Source: a virus. Taken from it: a stretch of DNA of 64,000 nucleotides. The translations under genes and the position numbers were made by a program. This document shows, one piece after another, positions 9,329 to 17,798 of this stretch; the stretch's first letter is position 1, and the number at the start of each line of letters is the position of its first letter. Where the stretch lies: positions 1 through 64,000 of IMG/VR virus record IMGVR_UViG_3300032334_001128; one strand, 5' to 3'. The notes beneath the pieces are model-generated. The model had not been told where the DNA came from. It saw only the letters and a program-made list of their open reading frames with translations, and did not search any database.

Positions 9329-9550
9329 GTGAATAAAAAAGTTAGAAAGTTCTACTTAGAAAAAGTTGGTATGCCAAGAAGTTTGGTTTACCGACTAATG
9401 TTCTACAAAGTATTTCCAAAGGCAAGGGGCAAGGCTTTATTTGATGCCCTTGTAAACATCTTCCTTTACCGATACTACGAGAAGGTTGGCGAGCAACAAT
9501 TCTTACTAGAAACAAGTATTGTGAAGCACCCAGCAGGAAAGAGAAAGTAA
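9329..9550 (+). CDS. basic hypothetical protein
   Basis: GAAAGGA RBS before GTG 9329; coupled to the next gene. Confidence 0.6.
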   Translation: MNKKVRKFYLEKVGMPRSLVYRLMFYKVFPKARGKALFDALVNIFLYRYYEKVGEQQFLLETSIVKHPAGKRK

Positions 9551-9837
9551 TGAGTGGCGTGATTGACCCTTGCCACTATTGTGGCGAGAGCACGGCTTTC
9601 GGGTCTGGCAAGTTTGTGAACCGACTACCGGTAGAAGACGGCTGGGGTTGTGCCGAGTGTTCTGGCTTTGCTTGTGATAAGTGCTACAAGCAGATTTATT
9701 TAGACACCGATGTCCGTGATAAAGACGGATACTTTTATCACGCTACATGCTTACCGGTTGGCGAGCATGTTGGATTCAATGAAGACCTTTATGATGAGAG
9801 TTGTTGGTGCGAACTACATGAAACGGAGAGTGAGTAA
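9550..9837 (+). CDS. Cys-rich zinc-finger-like protein
   Basis: multiple CxxC motifs; TAATG overlap. Confidence 0.7.
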   Translation: MSGVIDPCHYCGESTAFGSGKFVNRLPVEDGWGCAECSGFACDKCYKQIYLDTDVRDKDGYFYHATCLPVGEHVGFNEDLYDESCWCELHETESE

Positions 9838-10031
9838 TGGCCGAGCTAATCCACTTTGTTCTTGCTGTTGATCTTGAAACCGGCGAGGTGATCCTAGATG
9901 ACGATACCCTGATCGCGCGATTCCATGATGGAGCTGTATGGGATACCGAAGCTAATGAGTGGCGAGCTGAGACGGAAGCTGAGTACGATAGATCAGTTGC
10001 GAAAATCAAACCGATACTTGACATTCGATAA
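9837..10031 (+). CDS. hypothetical protein
   Basis: TAATG coupling. Confidence 0.65.
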   Translation: MAELIHFVLAVDLETGEVILDDDTLIARFHDGAVWDTEANEWRAETEAEYDRSVAKIKPILDIR

Positions 10032-10072
10032 TAAATCACTAAACTGGTAATACGCTAACGAAAGGAAGAATC

Positions 10073-10261
10073 ATGGCGAGTTACACCGTAACACTAACAA
10101 CCAGCAACACCTCTTTTATCACGACCGTTGATTACGATGGCGAGATTGAAGCAGACGACTATCACCTTGCGATGATTGCTGTGTCCCGTATCTATGACAA
10201 TGAGGGACTAGACCTAACCCTTAGGCGTTGGGACTACACCGTGGAGCCTCTCGATGAGTGA
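10073..10261 (+). CDS. hypothetical protein
   Basis: TTGACA-16-TAAACT promoter at 10018-10045; AACGAAAGGAA RBS. Confidence 0.7.
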   Translation: MASYTVTLTTSNTSFITTVDYDGEIEADDYHLAMIAVSRIYDNEGLDLTLRRWDYTVEPLDE

Positions 10262-10374
10262 TTGGGAGTTTAGAGAAGACCAAGATATCTCTTGGTGGCA
10301 CTGTAACCAGCCTGGTTATTGGGAGGGCGAGGAAGTTTATTGCTCTAAGTGTCAAGCTAAATTGGAGGATACCG

Positions 10375-10515
10375 ATGAGTAAATTTACAGAGGAAGAATT
10401 GGACTTTGTATTTGGCCTGTTGTATGACGCTAGCAAACGTGCCGATGATCCTGAATGGGTTACGGATATTATGACTAAGCTGCATGAAACGATCTCCGAT
10501 AATACGGCGAGCTAA
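10375..10515 (+). CDS. small hypothetical protein
   Basis: GGAGG RBS before ATG 10375. Confidence 0.55.
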   Translation: MSKFTEEELDFVFGLLYDASKRADDPEWVTDIMTKLHETISDNTAS

Positions 10516-10603
10516 ACGGATCTGAATTGCGACACGCTAATAGAGTTGCACGGAACCACTAAACCTGTATAATGGACTTACGACCAAACGAAAGGAAAAA
10601 ATT

Positions 10604-11047
10604 ATGGTCAAGACTGAAATTGAATTACTGGACTATTGCACTTGCACTAAGTGGGATGAAGAAACCGAAGCCGAAGTTCTGGATGAACACGGCGACCCTG
10701 TGCCAGCCGAATGGTGTTCGGGTTGCTTTGATGACGACAAGTCAAACCTAGAGTATGAAATTGTTATGCCGTTCTTGAAGTCTAAGGGAATTGACGGCGA
10801 GCAGTTGCTCTACATCGGAGCAAGTGGAATTGGATGGCAGAGTAGAAGTGGATACGCCGTTGCTAAGGCGAACACGGATGCGATTATCAAGGCTCTCTCT
10901 ATCAACGGCGACTTTAGACTTGTCTTCACTTACGAAGACGGCGAGATGACTGCCGTTCGCTATTCTCACGATGAACCGATGGGGACTGGCAAGTTTGAGT
11001 TTAGACTTGCGACCGATGAAGAAATTGAAGCGTGGGACTACCGATAG
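10604..11047 (+). CDS. acidic hypothetical protein
   Basis: AACGAAAGGAAA RBS; 147 aa. Confidence 0.75.
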   Translation: MVKTEIELLDYCTCTKWDEETEAEVLDEHGDPVPAEWCSGCFDDDKSNLEYEIVMPFLKSKGIDGEQLLYIGASGIGWQSRSGYAVAKANTDAIIKALSINGDFRLVFTYEDGEMTAVRYSHDEPMGTGKFEFRLATDEEIEAWDYR

Positions 11048-11064
11048 CCTGAAGTCAAACGGCG

Positions 11065-11100
11065 AGGGGATATTGCTTAGGTGATATCCCCTTTAGCTTT
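11065..11100 (+). terminator. intrinsic terminator
   Basis: AGGGGATAT/ATATCCCCT stem. Confidence 0.6.
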
Positions 11101-11179
11101 ACCGGCCGGCGAGCTGATGGCGTGTAGAGATCTGTTGAACGGATCACTGAACGGCGAGCTAAGACTTACTGGCGTGTTG

Positions 11180-11208
11180 TTGCGTGAAGATACCTAAACC
11201 GATAGACT
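11180..11208 (+). promoter_or_regulatory. sigmaA-type promoter
   Basis: TTGCGT-17-TAGACT, with GGCGTGT upstream. Confidence 0.6.
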
Positions 11209-11236
11209 TTATACACGCCTAACGAAAGGAAACCTA

Positions 11237-11452
11237 ATGGCTAGTTATCAAGTTCTAACGGGCAAGAAGTATGATGTTGTTGCCGATACCCCCGAAGAAG
11301 CCGAGCAGAAGTATCACGCTTACCTTGCTGGTGAAGATTGCCCTTGTGGCTTTGCTCAATGGGGAGAAGAAGCAAGTGCCAATGGAGATGAACTTTGCTC
11401 TTGCGTAGAGTTTAGTGAGATTGATACTTGGGTGATTGGTGGTGATGAGTGA
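11237..11452 (+). CDS. hypothetical protein
   Basis: AACGAAAGGAAA RBS. Confidence 0.7.
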   Translation: MASYQVLTGKKYDVVADTPEEAEQKYHAYLAGEDCPCGFAQWGEEASANGDELCSCVEFSEIDTWVIGGDE

Positions 11453-11674
11453 ATGACTAAATACTATTTTGCCGAAGATGGAAACTTTGGAGATGCTAAC
11501 GACATCTTGCTAGTTGATGATGAGAACCTTGACGTTCACTTTTGGGAAGGTCTTGATTGGTCTGCCGATAGTGACAGATTGACTTTTGCTAAGTGGTTTG
11601 CTGGTAACAACCATAAGACAGATAGCAAGGGAACTCAAACTAGTTGCTCTCTTTGCGATAGCAAGATTAGTTAG
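11453..11674 (+). CDS. hypothetical protein
   Basis: abuts the upstream stop. Confidence 0.7.
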   Translation: MTKYYFAEDGNFGDANDILLVDDENLDVHFWEGLDWSADSDRLTFAKWFAGNNHKTDSKGTQTSCSLCDSKIS

Positions 11675-11774
11675 CAAGTAATCTCTACAAGAAGCTCCGG
11701 TGCCGATTGGTGCCGGATTTTCTTTTTCTAGCTTCACGCGGATCCAAATATTATGGCCGGTGCAGCAACGTTAG

Positions 11775-11933
11775 TTACTCGCCGTCATCAATAGGGAACG
11801 CTTGTCTAAACGCTTCATCTACCTCGGGGTCAAACAACCAACCTAGAAAGCCCTTGATACCCTCGGGGGTGTTCAGGTCAAACTTAGGGTTTAGTAGTGG
11901 ATTCTGGTCTGGGTCTGGAATTTGATTAGTCAT
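11775..11933 (-). CDS. 52-aa protein MTNQIPDPDQNPLL..., paralog of 25444-25605, apparently leaderless
   Basis: manual translation; shares the N-terminus and WLFDPEVD.AF.QAFP with the + strand copy; minus-strand GGAAT-N18-GTT lies just upstream. Confidence 0.75.
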   Translation of the reverse strand: MTNQIPDPDQNPLLNPKFDLNTPEGIKGFLGWLFDPEVDEAFRQAFPIDDGE

Positions 11934-12092
11934 ACTAAATAGAACTAAATTTGTTTAGGATTTATTCCCCGAATTAGAAATAAATTTTAATCGTGATCTG
12001 ATCTAGCTCCGGCCGGTGTCCGGTAATTTGGATCTAACTTGGATCTGATTCCGAGCTCTGCCGACACGCCGAAATTTATTTCCCGAATGGAC

Positions 12093-12122
12093 TTGCCAAA
12101 TGTCGTGGGGTTGCTATAAACT
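12093..12122 (+). promoter_or_regulatory. sigmaA-type promoter
   Basis: TTGCCA-18-TAAACT, with ACACGCC upstream. Confidence 0.65.
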
Positions 12123-12159
12123 GGCAAGGTAAATGATTCCCGACTGAAAGGAAACTAAA

Positions 12160-12678
12160 ATGGGAATGGATGTCTATGGTAAGAACCCTGCTAACGAAGT
12201 AGGGTCATACTTTCGTAGGAATGTTTGGGGCTGGCGACCACTCTGGGATTACTGCCTAAATGTTCATAACGAAATTGCTGGTGCTGTTGAGTATGGACAC
12301 TCTAACGATGGCGATGGACTGGATGGAACTGCTAGCGTAGAACTTGCTAACGCTATTCTCTCTGCTATTGCCGATGGAACTGCTCAGGATTACATTACTC
12401 AGCGAAACACTTATCTCGCTAATCTGCCGAGATTAGACTGCGACCTTTGTGCTGGAACTGGAATCAGGGCTGACGAAGTTGGCGTTGAGAATGGAATGCC
12501 TGAAAGGGAACTTTCTGCCGAGATGGCAATTCTCTTAGGCAGAACTAAGGGCTGGTGTAATTCTTGTAATGGCGAAGGCAAGAAAGAATCTTGGGATACT
12601 AACTACGATTTGGAACTTGACGACCTGAAAGAGTTTGCCGAGTTCTTGCTAAATTGTGGTGGCTTTGAGATTTGCTAA
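12160..12678 (+). CDS. conserved phage protein with DnaJ-like CxxCxGxG zinc motifs
   Basis: MGMDVYG...YFRRNVWGWRPLW; CDLCAGTG and CNSCNGEG. Confidence 0.75.
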   Translation: MGMDVYGKNPANEVGSYFRRNVWGWRPLWDYCLNVHNEIAGAVEYGHSNDGDGLDGTASVELANAILSAIADGTAQDYITQRNTYLANLPRLDCDLCAGTGIRADEVGVENGMPERELSAEMAILLGRTKGWCNSCNGEGKKESWDTNYDLELDDLKEFAEFLLNCGGFEIC

Positions 12679-12696
12679 TCTAATCGCCTAACGCTT

Positions 12697-12734
12697 ACAC
12701 GCCTGACCCGAAAGGGTTGGGCGTGTTTGCTTTT
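12697..12734 (+). terminator. intrinsic terminator
   Basis: ACACGCCTGACCC-GAAA-GGGTTGGGCGTGT plus T tract. Confidence 0.7.
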
Positions 12735-12922
12735 ACATGATCTAAACTGCCGAGCTCCGAATGCCGGCCGGCCAGGTGAATAGTTCCCGCGGTAAATAAA
12801 TTGGATCACTGCGGCTGAGATCTAGCTTGTGCCGAGAGATCTCTGAACACGCTCTAAATAAACTTGTGCGAATTATCTAATAGGACTAAACTGATTACAC
12901 GCCTAACGAAAGGAAATCAAAA

Positions 12923-13270
12923 ATGGCGATTACTAAAACTGAAACTACACTTATCGGCTGGTGTGCTGTTGATAGTGGACAAATCCTAATCACTGACCCT
13001 AGTTATCTTGCCGACTGGAGAGATAACGAAATGGGCGACACTGGCAAGGGCGACTATTCTTGGTCTGGTGCTTGTGCGACAACCTTGACTGACGAAAGGG
13101 CTGGGCAACTAAACTTTCTTGCTGGACACTCTGGGGCTGGTGTAGTTTCTAGCACGGGTCTTGGAGATGGTTTCTATCCTGTTATGGCTACTTATGTAGA
13201 TGACGACACTTGGGGTAAGCGTGTTTCTAAGTTGGAGATTATCTTTATTCAGGATGGAGAACTGGACTAA
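12923..13270 (+). CDS. DUF4241-like protein
   Basis: VDSGQILITDP...STGLGDGFYPV motif; promoter TTGTGC-17-TAAACT at 12864-12892. Confidence 0.6.
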   Translation: MAITKTETTLIGWCAVDSGQILITDPSYLADWRDNEMGDTGKGDYSWSGACATTLTDERAGQLNFLAGHSGAGVVSSTGLGDGFYPVMATYVDDDTWGKRVSKLEIIFIQDGELD

Positions 13271-13452
13271 TGGCGAAAGAGACTTACACGGTTGAACTTA
13301 GACAAATCTACGAGGTTACGGTTGAGGAGGGCCAAGACTGGACCGAAGCCTTAGATGAGAGTCTGCGGACTTACTACAAAACCGGTGTTGAGACTGATGA
13401 CGTGACTATGCTCCATAGTGCGTTTGAAGTGCTGGAAGTAACTGGAAGTTAA
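13270..13452 (+). CDS. hypothetical protein
   Basis: TAATG coupling. Confidence 0.65.
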   Translation: MAKETYTVELRQIYEVTVEEGQDWTEALDESLRTYYKTGVETDDVTMLHSAFEVLEVTGS

Positions 13453-13554
13453 TCGATAGGGCTAGGTTATCGCGATGCGATTGCCTAGCTCTTTCGGATC
13501 GATCTCTGAAACTTGCAGCTTATAAAAGTGGATCTAAACACGCCATAAATAAAG

Positions 13555-13584
13555 TTGCCAAATGTCTGCGGTGTCCTATAAACT
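13555..13584 (+). promoter_or_regulatory. sigmaA-type promoter
   Basis: TTGCCA-18-TAAACT, with ACACGCC upstream. Confidence 0.65.
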
Positions 13585-13610
13585 GGACTTATCTATCCCG
13601 AAAGGAAACT

Positions 13611-14093
13611 ATGTCTATCTTAGATATTGTTATTGTTCTACCGCTTGCCTATCTTGCGGTTGTTGCCATTCCCCTAATCGTTACTGACGCTAGGGTTCAT
13701 CGCCTACCTAACAAGTATGTGTTGCCGTTCATTCTTGTTTCATTCCTAACTACTATTGCGGTTGCGATTATTAGTGCCGATTGGATTAGGTTTGTAATCA
13801 CCTTTGGTGTTGCGGTTGCTACTTTGCTTATTGGTATCTATCTCAATGGTAGGGATATCTTGGGTATGGGCGATGTGAAACTATTTGTCGGTATCGTTCT
13901 TGCTCTAGGTTCATTCTCTCTGTGGTTTGCTCTTATTGCTATTGCGGTTGGCTTTGTAGTTTCAGTTGCGGTTACTCTAGTTAGAATGTTTGTAGTCAAG
14001 TCTGTAAGTATGTATGGGACTACAACTATTCCACTTGGCGTATTCACTATCTCAGCAACTTTGGTTACTGGGTTAGTTGCGGTTGTAATCTAA
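13611..14093 (+). CDS. A24-family prepilin peptidase-like membrane protein
   Basis: several TM helices; catalytic-type D in TDARVHRLPNK and GMGDVKL motif. Confidence 0.8.
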   Translation: MSILDIVIVLPLAYLAVVAIPLIVTDARVHRLPNKYVLPFILVSFLTTIAVAIISADWIRFVITFGVAVATLLIGIYLNGRDILGMGDVKLFVGIVLALGSFSLWFALIAIAVGFVVSVAVTLVRMFVVKSVSMYGTTTIPLGVFTISATLVTGLVAVVI

Positions 14094-14254
14094 CTCAGTA
14101 GAGTGTGACCCCTGAGCATAGCTCGGGGGTTTCACTTTATCCGGAGTGCCGGTTAGGATCAGCCACGTGAAAGATCTCTGGCGTGTTTGTAGCTTGGTAG
14201 TTGCGAACTCTGCCGATAAGTGCTAACTTTGTATTACCTAGAAAGGAAACTCAA

Positions 14255-14530
14255 ATGAAGTTTAGAGAAGCATTAGGTTCTGTTATTCAGGAATACCGAT
14301 ACAACAATAATCTAACCCTGCGTCAAATGTCGGGTGGTGGTTCTGGGCGTATCTCAACAACTTACCTTTGGGAGTTGGAGAACTCACGCAAGGAAGCAAG
14401 TAGCGAAATGCTTACGGAAGTTGCCGAGTGTATGAGCATTACAACTGCCGAATTGGTTATTCGTGTTGGGTTCTTTATGGGGGGTATCCCTGATTATGTG
14501 CCACAAGATTTGCTAGAACTCACCAGATAA
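14255..14530 (+). CDS. XRE-family HTH regulator, ClgR-like
   Basis: REALGSV...TLRQMS...YLWELENSRKEASSEML resembles actinobacterial ClgR; promoter TTGCGA-17-TAACTT at 14201-14229. Confidence 0.75.
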   Translation: MKFREALGSVIQEYRYNNNLTLRQMSGGGSGRISTTYLWELENSRKEASSEMLTEVAECMSITTAELVIRVGFFMGGIPDYVPQDLLELTR

Positions 14531-14629
14531 TTTGGGTGAGCTTCTAGATCTGTTCATGCCGGACTGATCTGGTTGCGGCCACCTGATTAATCCGGATCTA
14601 AAACACGCGGAAAATTATCTTGCCAATTG

Positions 14630-14655
14630 GGAATAATTTGTCGTAAGGTGCGGTT
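14630..14655 (+). promoter_or_regulatory. sigmaR/sigmaH-type promoter
   Basis: GGAAT-N18-GTT. Confidence 0.65.
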
Positions 14656-14686
14656 ATAATTTATGTAGACACGGAAAGGAAAACTA

Positions 14687-14878
14687 ATGTCTAATAAATC
14701 ATTCGAAACTCTATCTGAAACTGAAGTGCTAGAACTTATCCCTAGAACATTCTCGGCACTTGACCACGCTAGTGAAATTGGAAGTGTTCGGGACATTGTG
14801 ATTATGAAAATGGGTTTGGAGAAACTCATTGATAGACTGATTGAGTTGCTACTCACCACCGATGGAAAGGAAAACTAA
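14687..14878 (+). CDS. hypothetical protein
   Basis: GGAAAGGAAA RBS. Confidence 0.7.
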   Translation: MSNKSFETLSETEVLELIPRTFSALDHASEIGSVRDIVIMKMGLEKLIDRLIELLLTTDGKEN

Positions 14879-15018
14879 TGAACTGCGAAAACTGCGAAAC
14901 TGCACGTGGAACTATTCATTACCAAATTCGTAAAGATAAGTATCTCTATCTCTGCCTAACTTGCTATGAAGTGTTGGAAGAATACATCGCTTTGCGAAGA
15001 GCTCTACGCGGTAAATAA
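14878..15018 (+). CDS. small CxxC...CxxC protein (46 aa)
   Basis: GGAAAGGAAA RBS; TAATG overlap. Confidence 0.6.
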   Translation: MNCENCETARGTIHYQIRKDKYLYLCLTCYEVLEEYIALRRALRGK

Positions 15019-15096
15019 TTCTGACTGCGGCCACCCGGTGCAGCTGCATGGATCCGTCACCCGGTAACGATCAATGAAGCTAGGATCTGAAATCGG

Positions 15097-15122
15097 GGAA
15101 TAATTACGGTGAAATGTCGGTT
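15097..15122 (+). promoter_or_regulatory. sigmaR/sigmaH-type promoter
   Basis: GGAAT-N18-GTT upstream of the second ClgR-like gene. Confidence 0.65.
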
Positions 15123-15158
15123 CTATTTAGTATGATGGAAGTTATGGAAAGGACTGAA

Positions 15159-15404
15159 ATGATAACTGGTGAATTGTCTCAACTAATCGGGGAAGTTCTA
15201 CGGGAACTTAGATTAGAGAAGAATCTAAAACTTAGACAACTAAGTTCGGCTAGTGGTGTTGCTCTCGGCTACCTAAGTGAAGTGGAGCGTGCCGTCAAAG
15301 ACATCTCTTCTAAAATGCTGACCAAGATTCTAATCGCATTAGACATCTCTCTTTATGAATTTCTAATTCTTGTTGCCGAAAAAGAAAAAAATAAAACTCT
15401 CTAA
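15159..15404 (+). CDS. XRE-family HTH regulator, ClgR-like
   Basis: IGEVLRELR...LRQLSSASGVALGYLSEVER; GAAAGGA RBS. Confidence 0.75.
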   Translation: MITGELSQLIGEVLRELRLEKNLKLRQLSSASGVALGYLSEVERAVKDISSKMLTKILIALDISLYEFLILVAEKEKNKTL

Positions 15405-15465
15405 ATGTTGCTATTTGGAAGTCATAAGTAGTAAGCTATCTATACGCCAATGAAAGGAAAATAAA

Positions 15466-15735
15466 ATGGCACTCACAAAAGCTCACAAGGTAAGTATCGA
15501 AAGACAAGTTCGAGCAGAATACACCGAACAAATCAGCAAGCTAAATGACCACTCTCTATTCCACATGGTCAAGGGCTTAGACGCTAAGGGCAACAGCGTA
15601 GAGGGCAGACTAAAGACCTCTGCCATGAAGTACGGGTTCGAAGTTGGAATCCAAATTGCTACTGAAGTTCTGGAATCTCGTGGCCATGAAATGGTAGAGT
15701 TCCAAGCTATGTTCTTTATGTGTGAGCACCTATAA
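15466..15735 (+). CDS. hypothetical protein
   Basis: promoter TTGCTA-18-TAAGCT at 15408-15437; GAAAGGAAA RBS. Confidence 0.7.
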   Translation: MALTKAHKVSIERQVRAEYTEQISKLNDHSLFHMVKGLDAKGNSVEGRLKTSAMKYGFEVGIQIATEVLESRGHEMVEFQAMFFMCEHL

Positions 15736-15784
15736 ACTAGGTACCACTGATCTATAGGCACACCGGAAATTATTTGCAAAACGC

Positions 15785-15810
15785 GGAATAAATGTTGCGG
15801 TTTGTCGGTT
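15785..15810 (+). promoter_or_regulatory. sigmaR/sigmaH-type promoter
   Basis: GGAAT-N18-GTT. Confidence 0.6.
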
Positions 15811-15849
15811 GTAAATAGTAGGATTTAGTTAGTCAAGGAAAGGACTAAA

Positions 15850-16071
15850 ATGCTCACTCAACTACCGCTAAACGAAGACAAGACTCTATTTGCTTCTGTC
15901 GAAATGCCTGAACTACTATCTCAGTTTGTATCTGCTAACTCAGGGCGTAAGGGTAAAGTAATCTCTCTATCAACTAAACTAACCAAGTCTGGTTATGGCG
16001 TATTGGTTATTGAGTTTATCCCTAAGGGTCAAACTAAAAGTCAATGGGCAACTATTAGCCCTGTTGCCTAA
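15850..16071 (+). CDS. hypothetical protein, paralog of 17799-18038
   Basis: shared LPLN...GRxG...TKxGYG...QWAxxSPxA. Confidence 0.7.
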   Translation: MLTQLPLNEDKTLFASVEMPELLSQFVSANSGRKGKVISLSTKLTKSGYGVLVIEFIPKGQTKSQWATISPVA

Positions 16072-16336
16072 TCCCTAATCCCCGCCGAGTGTCGGACACA
16101 CTCACAAAATCCCTCGGGCGCGCACACAGCTCGGGGGATTTTTTTATGCGGAGAGATCTCTGCGGCCACGTTCCTGGAGCTGCACCGGATCTTGCTGCAC
16201 CTGGTGGATCCCGGAGCTTCGCCGGTGATGGATCTAAAACACGCCAAAAAATTATTTGCTATTTGGGAATAATTTAGGGTATTTTCGTGTAGTATTTATG
16301 TAGCAACATAAACCAACTAATAATGAAAGGTATCAA

Positions 16337-16555
16337 ATGAAGACATTTTTTCTTCGTGCTTTGGTTCTAGTCCCGATTACTGCTATTGCTTACCTATCTC
16401 AAAAAATCTCAGGTATGTATCTACAAAGTTGGGTTCTAAACAGCGTGGATGATGACCTAGTTATGTATTCCCGTTGGGAAGTAATTTCTTGGGTGTTCAT
16501 CGGGCTTACCCTAATTGGACTAATCTGGGCTATGGTTGCTCCCGATAAAGATTAG
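16337..16555 (+). CDS. two-TM membrane protein
   Basis: two hydrophobic segments; GAAAGG RBS. Confidence 0.7.
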   Translation: MKTFFLRALVLVPITAIAYLSQKISGMYLQSWVLNSVDDDLVMYSRWEVISWVFIGLTLIGLIWAMVAPDKD

Positions 16556-16570
16556 GTTTTCTCTCTAATG

Positions 16571-16603
16571 CTAAACCCCCGCGCTTGCGGGGGTTTAGTT
16601 TTT
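16571..16603. terminator. bidirectional terminator between convergent genes
   Basis: CTAAACCCCCGC-GCTT-GCGGGGGTTTAG plus T tract. Confidence 0.75.
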
Positions 16604-16627
16604 AGCTGAGAGATCTCTGGAATGAGT

Positions 16628-16831
16628 TTATAGTTTCATTCCATACTTACGGAGATACTGGCGAATGTATTTGATGGCACGGAAATCACTAGGCGAACTC
16701 GCTGAGTGAAAAAATCTGCCATCTGGCGAAGTCCAACGAATGTGACCTGACTTGGTTGCTTCTATTTGCCAACCTTGCTTAGTTGCTTTTTTGATTAGAG
16801 CCATAACATCTTTGTTTGTGGAGAGTGCCAT
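16628..16831 (-). CDS. HicA-like (dsRBD-fold) mRNA interferase/toxin
   Basis: MALSTNKDVMALIKKATKQGWQIEATKSGHIRW...SSPSDFRAIK; AGAAAGG RBS on the minus strand. Confidence 0.7.
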   Translation of the reverse strand: MALSTNKDVMALIKKATKQGWQIEATKSGHIRWTSPDGRFFHSASSPSDFRAIKYIRQYLRKYGMKL

Positions 16832-17005
16832 TTGGCAACCTTTCTTTTGTGGTAATACCACTTTACACCTCACCCGTGACATTTTGCCAAATTAGACACG
16901 CTGAAGCTTCTAGAGATCTCTGCGGCCACGTTCCTCCGGATCTTCGAGCTCCGGTCACGTGATTAATTTGGATCTAAAACACGCCAAAAAATTATTTGCA
17001 AATCG

Positions 17006-17031
17006 GGAATAATTTGTCGTAAGTTCGTGTT
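17006..17031 (+). promoter_or_regulatory. sigmaR/sigmaH-type promoter
   Basis: GGAAT-N18-GTT. Confidence 0.65.
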
Positions 17032-17076
17032 ATCTTATTTGTAGCAACAAAAAACAATCTCTAGGAAAGGTTCTAA

Positions 17077-17196
17077 ATGAGTGTTCACATCTGCGAAATC
17101 TGCGATAACCCTGTTGAGTTCCAATGGTGCGTTGAGTGTGGTGAAACTGTTTGCGTAATCTGCCACAACGCTTACGGCTGTCCAGAAAACTATTAG
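17077..17196 (+). CDS. 39-aa Cys-rich zinc-finger peptide
   Basis: GGAAAGG RBS; CEIC, CVEC and CVIC motifs. Confidence 0.65.
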   Translation: MSVHICEICDNPVEFQWCVECGETVCVICHNAYGCPENY

Positions 17197-17205
17197 GAGA
17201 AAATA

Positions 17206-17445
17206 ATGTCCAACACCACTAACTTTGCGTTTGAAGAAGTAATGCGTATGGCAGGGGGGCGAGATGTGTATTCATCTTCTACCCTTGCCATGATCTATGA
17301 AGAATGCGAGACCAACCGGCAAATCCAAGAACTTGCCGGTTGTCATCTTGTCGTAGCTTCTCCGGAGAAATCTCAGGAATACCTGACACGCTTGCGTTCT
17401 ACTCTGAAACTGGTATTCTTTACTCGTAGTGATTATACAAATTAG
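17206..17445 (+). CDS. hypothetical protein
   Basis: AGGAG RBS. Confidence 0.7.
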   Translation: MSNTTNFAFEEVMRMAGGRDVYSSSTLAMIYEECETNRQIQELAGCHLVVASPEKSQEYLTRLRSTLKLVFFTRSDYTN

Positions 17446-17458
17446 GAAAGGAACTAAA

Positions 17459-17587
17459 ATGTGCGAATGCGAAGATAGACCTTGCTGCGGTTGTCTTGCT
17501 GAGAGCGACATCTACGGAAGATACGAGCCAGACCCAATTGACGCTGAGCGTGCGCGTTTGGAAATGGATTACGACTACGAAGATTAG
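17459..17587 (+). CDS. 42-aa peptide with CEDxPCCG motif
   Basis: GGAAAGGAA RBS; MCECEDRPCCGC. Confidence 0.65.
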   Translation: MCECEDRPCCGCLAESDIYGRYEPDPIDAERARLEMDYDYED

Positions 17588-17604
17588 GCTGCCGGCCGGT
17601 CTAC

Positions 17605-17638
17605 CTAAACCCCTCGCATCGCGGGGGGTTTAGTTTTA
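17605..17638 (+). terminator. intrinsic terminator
   Basis: CTAAACCCCTCGC/GCGGGGGGTTTAG. Confidence 0.7.
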
Positions 17639-17730
17639 CCTGGTGCAGCTTCTCCGGTGATCTTAAATTACTTACCTAGGTAAATAAATAGAAGCTCGGA
17701 GATCTATGCGACACGCTGAAATAAATGTCG

Positions 17731-17770
17731 GGAATAAATGTTGCCAAATGTCGGTTCTATACTATAGACT
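17731..17770 (+). promoter_or_regulatory. overlapping sigmaR/H-type and sigmaA-type promoters
   Basis: GGAAT(17731)-N18-GTT overlapping TTGCCA(17741)-18-TAGACT. Confidence 0.7.
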
Positions 17771-17798
17771 GATAATGTCCAAACGAAAGGAAACCAAA

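Noticed and set aside
11707-11925. ORF-track + strand 72-aa ORF
   Set aside because: It is the antisense shadow of the real minus-strand paralog at 11775-11933.
16089-16277. ORF-track 62-aa ORF
   Set aside because: It runs through a terminator, a GATC/AGCT spacer and a promoter; not a plausible gene.
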